Shown piece after piece: positions 57,025 through 64,000 of a DNA stretch of 64,000 nt. This DNA is from an uncultured Gemmatimonadaceae bacterium (lineage in GTDB: Bacteria > Gemmatimonadota > Gemmatimonadetes > Gemmatimonadales > Gemmatimonadaceae): NCBI GenBank assembly GCA_963781585.1, contig CAWAGQ010000008.1, positions 288,001 to 352,000 on the forward strand, read 5' to 3'. The notes beneath the pieces are model-generated. The model was not told the DNA's origin and made no database searches. It saw only the letters and a list, made by a program, of their open reading frames with translations. A program made the translations under genes and the position numbers. Position 1 is the first letter of the stretch; each line of letters begins with the position of its first letter.

Positions 57025-58310
57025 CCATCCACGCGTTCCACATCCCGCTCGATGCAGTGCGTCTTGGGAACGGTCTCCGCGTCGTCTTTTCCCAGGATCG
57101 TACCGTCCCGGTCGTCGCTGTGAATCTGTGGTATCATGTTGGATCAGCTAACGAAGGTCCAGGTCGGACGGGCTTCGCCCATTTGTTTGAGCACATGCTG
57201 TTTCAGGGCTCGGCGCACGTCGCCGCAAACGAGCATTTCGAGCTGGTGCAGCGAGCTGGCGGCACGCTGAACGGATCTACCTGGCTAGATCGGACCAACT
57301 ATTTCGAGACGGTTCCAGCGAATCATCTGGAGTTGGCGCTCTGGCTCGAAGCGGACAGGATGGGCGCACTTCTGCCAGCGATGACGCAGGCCAAGCTGGA
57401 TACCCAGCGCGAGGTGGTGAAGAACGAACGGCGCTGGACCGTGGACAATCAGCCTTATGGCACATGGTGGGAGAAGCTGCCGGCTCTCTGCTTCCCAATT
57501 GAACACCCGTTCCATCACTCGCTTATCGGGTCAATGGAAGATCTGTCGGCAGCGAGTCTCGAAGATGTCGCCGCCTTTTTCCGACTGTACTACACACCCG
57601 ACAACGCCGTCCTGACCCTGGCCGGAGACTTCGACCGGGGAGAAGCGGAAGCCCTCGTCCGCAAGCACTTTGGGCCGATTCCTTACGGAACAGGTAAGCC
57701 GCCAATGCCGCCCATGCACCTGCCCGAAGTCTTTGGCGACTGGCGAAGGGAGATCGTGCCAGACAGCGTCGTCGTCCCCCGCCTGTTCATGGCGTTCCGA
57801 TCATCAGTATTCGGCAGCCGGTCGTACCATGCCGCGAGCCTGTGTGCCGCCGTACTCGGTGGTCAGCGAGGAAGTCGCCTATATCGCATGCTCGTGCGCG
57901 AGAAGCAGGTGGCTTCGTCCGCGACCGCGTTCACTTTTGATCTCGCGGTAGCGCGCGACCTGCTGATTGTCGACGTGACGGCCCGTCCCGGAGTGAGCGC
58001 CGTGGAGCTCGAGGCGGCCGTGGCTGAAGTCGTGGACGAACTCCGACGGGAGGGCCCTACGCCGGCAGAACTGGAACGCGCGCGATCTCTTCTCGGGACC
58101 GAATTTGCCAATGCGCTGCAAAGCGCTGGAGAGCGTGCCGATCGTTTGTCTCAGTTCACGACCTATCTTGGGGATCCTGGGATAATCAACGACCACATCG
58201 CGCGCTACCACGAGGTACGGGTGGAGGACGTCAGCCTCTTTGCCGCGACGCGCCTTGGCCCGAACAATCGGGCCAGCCTCCTGTACGTTCCTCGCCCAGG
58301 CGAGGACTGA
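57021..58310 (+). CDS. M16 family zinc peptidase, catalytic subunit
   Basis: WYHVGS, GFAHLFEHMLFQGS, DRTNYFE, YYTPDNA. Confidence 0.94.
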   Translation: MTIHAFHIPLDAVRLGNGLRVVFSQDRTVPVVAVNLWYHVGSANEGPGRTGFAHLFEHMLFQGSAHVAANEHFELVQRAGGTLNGSTWLDRTNYFETVPANHLELALWLEADRMGALLPAMTQAKLDTQREVVKNERRWTVDNQPYGTWWEKLPALCFPIEHPFHHSLIGSMEDLSAASLEDVAAFFRLYYTPDNAVLTLAGDFDRGEAEALVRKHFGPIPYGTGKPPMPPMHLPEVFGDWRREIVPDSVVVPRLFMAFRSSVFGSRSYHAASLCAAVLGGQRGSRLYRMLVREKQVASSATAFTFDLAVARDLLIVDVTARPGVSAVELEAAVAEVVDELRREGPTPAELERARSLLGTEFANALQSAGERADRLSQFTTYLGDPGIINDHIARYHEVRVEDVSLFAATRLGPNNRASLLYVPRPGED

Positions 58311-58312
58311 TT

Positions 58313-59719
58313 TTGGGAACGCAGGACGGCAGCTCTGCAGGCGATTCGGTCTCTCCACGACCAACGGCGGCTCCGCCTCGTCCGTACCAGTTCCCACAGT
58401 TCACGCGACATGTGCTGCCGAACGGAATCGTGCTGCTGGTCGCACCTCTCGCTCGCTTGCCGTTGGTCACCGTCCGTCTTCTCATCGATGCTGGCGCGAG
58501 CGCTGAATCCCCGCAGGCTGCTGGAACCGCTGTGCTCACGGTACGCGCGTTAGCCGAGGGGACACTGCGGCTCGCTGGCGCCGCACTGGCAGAGGAGTTT
58601 GAGCGACTCGGCGGCGCTCTTGACGTGTCGGCAAGCTGGGATGGAGCGCATCTGTCCACAACAGTTCTCCGGCAGCGCTTCGAGCAAGTACTGGCATTGC
58701 TCGGCGAAGTGCTGCTGACCCCGTCATTCTTGGCGCGCGAAGTCGAGCGCCTGCGAGCGGAACGACTCGCCGAGTTGATCGAACTGGAGGCCGAACCCCG
58801 CGGTCTTGCGGATCAGCTCTTTTCATCATTCGTCTATTCCGCCGCAAGCCGCTTTTGCGTGCCCGAAGGAGGCTCGCCGGAGACCGTGCGGGCCGTGACC
58901 GATGCTATGATGCACTCGTTCTACGAAACACACTTCCGCCCTGATGTCACGACAGTGGTTGTTGTGGGTGATGTGTCGGCGGGCGAGGCGTTGCGTGGCG
59001 TGGAATCCGTGTTTGGTGCCTGGGGCGGACATCCTGCGCCGCGGCCAGCGATTGTGGTCGCGCCAGCCTACCAGCAGAGGGCCGTCCATGTGATCGCCCG
59101 ATCCGGGGCGCCACAATCAGAGCTCCGCGTGGGTCACATTGGAATCCCCCGGCGCCATCCAGACTATTTCAGCGTGGTGGTGTTGAACGCAATCCTAGGG
59201 GGCGTTTTCAATTCGCGTGTTAACATGAATCTGCGGGAACGCCACGGATTTACCTACGGTGCCTTCTCATCGTTTGAGTGGCGTCGTGCAGCCGGGCCGT
59301 TCACCATCTCCACGGCTGTCGCTACTGATGTAACCGCGCGCGCCGTGGTCGAAATAATTCGCGAAGTCGACATCATCCAAGGCGAGCCACCATCGCCCGA
59401 GGAGCTGTCCCATGTCCAATCATTCCTGGAAGGCGTCTTTCCGATTCGATTCGAGACTACGGAAGCAATAGCAGCCGCGCTCTCGGTCCTGCGCGCATTT
59501 GACCTTCCGGATGACTACTACGATTCCTACCGGGCCCGGATTGATGCTGTGACTGCCACCGACGTCGAGCAAGCCGCGCGAAGACATCTTCACCAGGATC
59601 TACTGCAGATTGTTGCAGTCGGTGATCCCTCGCGCATTGGTCCGGACCTCGAAGGCCTCGATCTAGGCCCCGTAACGTACTGCGACCCGGACGGGACCCC
59701 GGCACACCAAATCCTCTAG
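58313..59719 (+). CDS. M16 family peptidase, non-catalytic subunit
   Basis: No HxxEH; SRVNMNLRERHGFTYG. Confidence 0.9.
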   Translation: MGTQDGSSAGDSVSPRPTAAPPRPYQFPQFTRHVLPNGIVLLVAPLARLPLVTVRLLIDAGASAESPQAAGTAVLTVRALAEGTLRLAGAALAEEFERLGGALDVSASWDGAHLSTTVLRQRFEQVLALLGEVLLTPSFLAREVERLRAERLAELIELEAEPRGLADQLFSSFVYSAASRFCVPEGGSPETVRAVTDAMMHSFYETHFRPDVTTVVVVGDVSAGEALRGVESVFGAWGGHPAPRPAIVVAPAYQQRAVHVIARSGAPQSELRVGHIGIPRRHPDYFSVVVLNAILGGVFNSRVNMNLRERHGFTYGAFSSFEWRRAAGPFTISTAVATDVTARAVVEIIREVDIIQGEPPSPEELSHVQSFLEGVFPIRFETTEAIAAALSVLRAFDLPDDYYDSYRARIDAVTATDVEQAARRHLHQDLLQIVAVGDPSRIGPDLEGLDLGPVTYCDPDGTPAHQIL

Positions 59720-59798
59720 GGTATTGGGCCGGAGCCGCTGCAGTCTTCTGGATCCGCGCGCCCGCCGCAGACCGCCAACTCTACATCAGGAGCAACGA

Positions 59799-60350
59799 GT
59801 GCCAGAGAGCCCTCGCGTCGCCACTCGCCGCATGTACACCGGTAGAGTGATCAACCTCGAGATAGACACGGTGCGCTATCCGGACGGGTCAGTTGGCGAG
59901 CTGGAGATGATTCGGCATCCTGGCGCGAGCGCGATCGTACCGTTCATCACCGACCCGCAAGAAGCCGATCCAGAAATCCTGCTCCTGCGCCAGTATCGGT
60001 ACGCCGCTGAGCAGTTCCTGTACGAGATTCCGGCTGGCCGACTTCAAAATGAAGAAACTCCACTGATTTGTGCGCGCAGAGAGCTCGCTGAAGAGACCGG
60101 CTGTTCCGCCGAGCGGTTCGATCACCTCATATCGTTCTTTAGCACCCCCGGCTTTACTGACGAGCGAATACACGCGTTCATGGCAACCGGCCTTACCCTC
60201 GGAACTGTCCAACACGAGCCAGACGAGTTCATCGAAGTACTGTCGCGGCCGATGTCGGCGGTGCTGACGATGATCGGACGAGGAGAAATCACGGATGCCA
60301 AGACGGTTCTTTCGTTGCTGTACGTAGCCACCTTTCGCCCGCGGAAGTAG
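59799..60350 (+). CDS. NUDIX hydrolase (ADP-ribose pyrophosphatase-like)
   Basis: QYRY, EIPAG, RRELAEETG, TPGF, DAKT; GTG after AGGAG. Confidence 0.92.
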   Translation: MPESPRVATRRMYTGRVINLEIDTVRYPDGSVGELEMIRHPGASAIVPFITDPQEADPEILLLRQYRYAAEQFLYEIPAGRLQNEETPLICARRELAEETGCSAERFDHLISFFSTPGFTDERIHAFMATGLTLGTVQHEPDEFIEVLSRPMSAVLTMIGRGEITDAKTVLSLLYVATFRPRK

Positions 60351-60655
60351 GGCTGTGCAAGGGGCGGTTCCGAAAGCGTCTTGGCTGGCAGGGGGCGGTT
60401 CACCGGTTGTCCGGTTTTGGTGTCTGCCGGTGTGTCACCAGACGGTGACAGGCCCAGAGAATCGGAACTTATTCCGGGGAAGTGTGGTTTAGTCCAATCC
60501 ATTGTGGCGATAGAGCTTAGGTCAGTATTCTGAAGCTGAGTTCCGCTGGGCACAGTGAGTGCCGTTACAGCTTTGCGCAGCGTACAGGGGGTACACTGTT
60601 CGAACACACCCAGTCAGCGCTCATTCAATGTTGTGGTCGCTAGGGGGATCAAACT

Positions 60656-61294
60656 ATGTCTGACGTCGCACTGAGAACGACGATTTCCTCGTCGGGCGCG
60701 GCAGTCAGGGAACAGCTGCGAAGCCTGGAGGATGGCGCCGTCGTGAGTGCCTTTCTTGCGGGCGAACAGCGCGCGTTCGAGGAACTTGTCGACCGATATC
60801 AAACCCGCTTGCTGAATTTCATTTATCGTACCACCGGTGATCGGGAGCGAGCCGAGGACCTTGTGCAGGAGGTCTTCATCAGGGTCTATCGGCACCTCCA
60901 CCGGTTCGATCGTTCGAAGAAGTTTTCGACCTGGATCTACACCATTGCGTCGAACCTTGCCAAGAACGAGCTGCGAAACCGTTCGCGGAATCCACTGGTT
61001 CTTTTTCAGACGATCAAGAGGAACTGGCAAGACGAGGACCGTCCACTCCAGTTTGAAGATCCGGCATCTCGTCCGGACGACCTGTTCAGGAAGCGGTACC
61101 TTCGCGAGCTCGTCGAGGGCTCCGTACAGAAGCTGCCCCCTCACCATCGGCAGGTCTTCGTCCTTCGAGAACTGGAAGGCAAATCGTACGAGGAGATTGC
61201 GGAGATCACGGCGTGCAACCTTGGCACCGTGAAATCCAGGCTGAATCGGGCGCGAAATGCGTTCGCGTCCATCATCGCCCCGCACTTGGAGTAG
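60656..61294 (+). CDS. ECF RNA polymerase sigma factor
   Basis: AEDLVQEVF, FSTWIYTIASN, SYEEIA, GTVKSRLNRAR. Confidence 0.95.
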   Translation: MSDVALRTTISSSGAAVREQLRSLEDGAVVSAFLAGEQRAFEELVDRYQTRLLNFIYRTTGDRERAEDLVQEVFIRVYRHLHRFDRSKKFSTWIYTIASNLAKNELRNRSRNPLVLFQTIKRNWQDEDRPLQFEDPASRPDDLFRKRYLRELVEGSVQKLPPHHRQVFVLRELEGKSYEEIAEITACNLGTVKSRLNRARNAFASIIAPHLE

Positions 61295-61499
61295 GAAGCC
61301 AGCGGGAAGGCTAAATCGACGGGCCGCGTCGGCAGCATGCTTGACGCGGCCCGTCTGATTTCACGCACCTCAACTTCCGAGGGCTGCGGCGGGTGATGAC
61401 GAAGGGACTGGACCGCTCGGGGAACCGAAGACAGGATTACCCGGAACCCGCCTGTGCAGAGCGGGTACCCCCGAACGACGTCCCACCCCCCGAGCGCCG

Positions 61500-62051
61500 A
61501 TGGACTGCCGATCGTTCAAAAGGAAGCATCTCTCGTTTGTCGATGATACCTTGTCGGGCGTCGAAACGGACGCCATGCGAGAGCACCTTGGCCTTTGCTC
61601 TGGCTGTGCCCGCCAGGATGCCGCGGTCCGTCGCGCCCTGCTGGTGCTCCGGAACCTGCCTCCAGTTGATGTATCTCCAGATTTCTCCGGACGACTGAAG
61701 CAGCGTATCGCAGTCGAGGCAGGGAGACAGCGCTCTGAACATCTGTTTCACGGGCCCAGCGTCGCCGCTTTTTTCGCCTTGGCCGGCGCCGTGGTAGCAG
61801 TGGGGATCCTGGGTATCGGTTTGGCCGACCGCGCAACACCGAATCCTCCGAGTCTGGCCGCCGTGGTCGTCGCCCCCCGAGAGATCACGCCGCGTGTCGT
61901 CGATAGCGACATCGCCGCCCCTGCTTTCGTAGCTTCGATGTCCACCGGAATTCCCGTGTGGCCGGCGCTGCTCCTGGCTGAGCAGGGCTCTTTGCGCTTC
62001 GCCACCACGGAGTTGACGCCGACTTCATACCAGTCCACCCCGCCACGGTAA
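61500..62051 (+). CDS. Zinc-binding anti-sigma factor (zf-HC2) with TM helix
   Basis: MDC..HLGLCSGC (HxxxCxxC), central TM, directly downstream of the ECF sigma. Confidence 0.88.
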   Translation: MDCRSFKRKHLSFVDDTLSGVETDAMREHLGLCSGCARQDAAVRRALLVLRNLPPVDVSPDFSGRLKQRIAVEAGRQRSEHLFHGPSVAAFFALAGAVVAVGILGIGLADRATPNPPSLAAVVVAPREITPRVVDSDIAAPAFVASMSTGIPVWPALLLAEQGSLRFATTELTPTSYQSTPPR

Positions 62052-62089
62052 GGGGAGGCCGCTTGGCTCCCGGAGCCCGGGGGCGCCAG

Positions 62090-62154
62090 CGACGTCAGAC
62101 CGGAGCAGTCGACGTCAGACCGGAGCAGTCGACGTCAGACCGGAGCAGTCGACG
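62090..62154. repeat. 20-bp tandem repeat, 3.25 perfect copies
   Basis: Unit gacgtcagaccggagcagtc at 62091, 62111 and 62131, plus partial. Confidence 0.95.
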
Positions 62155-62194
62155 AGTCGGGGGACCTGATTCTCCATCGGCTTATATTGGACCC

Positions 62195-63244
62195 ATGTCG
62201 ACGGCTACCGAGCGCGCATTGCAGAAGGCCATAAACGAGAAGACCTTCGACCGTGCGTACTACTTCCATGGCGAGGACGACTATCGGAAGGAACAGGCGA
62301 CTCGCTCTCTGGTTACCGCAGCACTGGAGGCGTCGATTCGCGACTTCAACTGCGACGTCCTGCACGGTCCAAGCGTATCACCGCAGGAACTAGAAGGGAC
62401 GCTGGCCACCCCTCCAATGCTGGCGAAACAGCGGGTCATCACGTTGCGTGACGTGCACTTGCTTGCGAGGAATGCTCGTGCGGTCTTGAACGCGTACCTT
62501 GATCATCCGGCTGCGGATGTGCTGCTGGTGCTGGTCAGTCCGGCAGGTGAGAAGAGCGACTCTGCGCTAGTCGAAGCCGCAGTCGCCATCGAGTTCGCGT
62601 CGCTCTCCGCCGCGGAGGCGTTGCGATGGATTGTGCGCCACGCATCAACCGAGCTGGGTGCGGACGTGACGGTTGGTGCCGCCTCGTTGCTTCGAGACGC
62701 CGTCGGTGCTGATCTAGCGCTTTTGGCAACGGAGCTCGACAAGTTGGCGAGCTACACTTCTGGTGCCGTGATAACAGAGGAGACCATCACCGCCGTCGTT
62801 GGCGTGCGACGCGGTGAGTCACTGGCGGACTTGCTCGACGCCGTAGCCGACAGAGACGCGGCGCGGGCGGTGTCCCTGGTCGAGCCGGTACTGATGCAGC
62901 CGAAGATGTCCGCGGTGACCGTAGTAATGGCGCTGGCAACACAGACGCTCGCCATCGGATGTGGTTGCGCGCGCAATGACGAGGGCGGACCGCGATTCTC
63001 GGAGCGCGACTATTTCTCTCTCCTGCGCGACAGTCGCGTCTACGCGAGCCGGAGCTGGGGCGACGCGGTCGCCGCCTGGGCACGCGGCATGCGCGTATGG
63101 AGCACAGCAGCCAGCGAGGAGGGGATGGAGCTTCTTCTTGCAGCCGACCATGCGGCCAAGGAAACCCGACTCTCGTCAGACGCTCAGCTGCTGACCTCTC
63201 TGGTACTCCAACTGTGTACCACGGGCGACCGTGCCGTAGCATGA
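62195..63244 (+). CDS. holA: DNA polymerase III delta subunit
   Basis: YYFHGEDDY, DFN, TPPML..RVI, ELDKLASY; ATG 62195. Confidence 0.9.
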   Translation: MSTATERALQKAINEKTFDRAYYFHGEDDYRKEQATRSLVTAALEASIRDFNCDVLHGPSVSPQELEGTLATPPMLAKQRVITLRDVHLLARNARAVLNAYLDHPAADVLLVLVSPAGEKSDSALVEAAVAIEFASLSAAEALRWIVRHASTELGADVTVGAASLLRDAVGADLALLATELDKLASYTSGAVITEETITAVVGVRRGESLADLLDAVADRDAARAVSLVEPVLMQPKMSAVTVVMALATQTLAIGCGCARNDEGGPRFSERDYFSLLRDSRVYASRSWGDAVAAWARGMRVWSTAASEEGMELLLAADHAAKETRLSSDAQLLTSLVLQLCTTGDRAVA

Positions 63245-64000
63245 GGGCCCAGGCCACCCGCCGCTGGCTTTGGCGTCCGGTTAAGTGCGGGGTGCTCTTG
63301 GCGGCAGCATTGGCGAGACCTGCCCTGGTGTATGGTCAGGAGAGTGACAGTGCCCTTGCGCGGATCGAGCATCTGGTGACGGCAGGCGATCGCGCAGGGG
63401 CTCGTGCGATAGCTGAGTCGCTCCTAGCTATTGTGCCATCCCGAGCGTCCCAGTACCCCGATGTACTCTATTGGCGCGCTTTTACCGCAGCCAATGCGGC
63501 GGAAGCGGAGCGGGATTATCTGCGACTGAGCATAGAATACCCGCTCTCGCGGCACGCCGCGGACGCTTTGTTGAATCTTGCCCTTCTTGAGTATGCGCGC
63601 GGGGATCGCCGAGCGGCGCAGCGACACTTTGATCGGTTGCTCCTCGAGCATCCCACTGGCCCACTGGTGGCCAAGGCGACCTACTGGAGTGGTCGGTTGT
63701 CGCTGGAAGGAGGCGACAGCGGCCGTGGCTGCTCCCTTCTGTCGTCGGCGAGGAAGGCTGTGTCGCGCGATGACATCGAGCTGCTGAACCAGATCGACTA
63801 CTACGAGTCCCGATGCGCGACCGCAACGGACTCTGCGACCCTGGCTGGAGGGGACACCAGCACACGAGCCACGAGGGGGGACAGCGTAGTCGGGGCGGGA
63901 GCAAGTTCGACCCGGGCGTTCAGTATTCAGGTCGGAGCTTTCACGACAAAGAGCGAGGCAACGAGAATCGCCTCTCGGATGAAGCAGCGGGGATTCAGTG
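63241..64000 (+). CDS. Exported TPR + SPOR domain protein, runs off window
   Basis: Translated by hand from ATG 63241: signal-like N-terminus, helical repeats (IEYPLSRHAADALLNLA), then FSIQVGAFTTKSEA. Confidence 0.85.
   Translation, partial: MRAQATRRWLWRPVKCGVLLAAALARPALVYGQESDSALARIEHLVTAGDRAGARAIAESLLAIVPSRASQYPDVLYWRAFTAANAAEAERDYLRLSIEYPLSRHAADALLNLALLEYARGDRRAAQRHFDRLLLEHPTGPLVAKATYWSGRLSLEGGDSGRGCSLLSSARKAVSRDDIELLNQIDYYESRCATATDSATLAGGDTSTRATRGDSVVGAGASSTRAFSIQVGAFTTKSEATRIASRMKQRGFS

Noticed and set aside
62090..62154. CRISPR array
   Set aside because: Contiguous identical units with no spacers and no cas genes.

Overview
GC-rich bacterial chromosomal segment, most likely Gemmatimonadota (inferred from gene content and protein style, not searched). 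It spans the replication-origin region: dnaA-dnaN with a candidate oriC, rpmH-rnpA-yidD-yidC-mnmE, rnpB, mnmG, parS-parA-parB-bactofilin, polA and holA. It also carries an ArgR-controlled arginine cluster (argCBD / argR / argGH), ispG, murB, pyrE, upp, two M16 peptidase pairs and an ECF sigma/anti-sigma pair. I saw no tRNA, rRNA, CRISPR array, prophage or IS element. Most of the window is housekeeping. The most unusual signals are: (1) a beta-clamp-binding-like motif (QMDLF) in the DnaA linker and a similar one (QGDLL) in a long PolA insertion; (2) an rnpA frame whose conserved N-terminus has no canonical start codon and overlaps an extended rpmH; (3) a membrane-anchored protein with a degenerate [FeFe]-hydrogenase-like domain; (4) two apparent pseudo-enzymes (Mesh1/SAH-like and HisA-like); (5) a perfect Rex/CRP-type operator upstream of a blue-copper lipoprotein; (6) recurring leaderless and bidirectional promoter architecture. 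All family calls come from motif recognition by eye, and no database searches were run.
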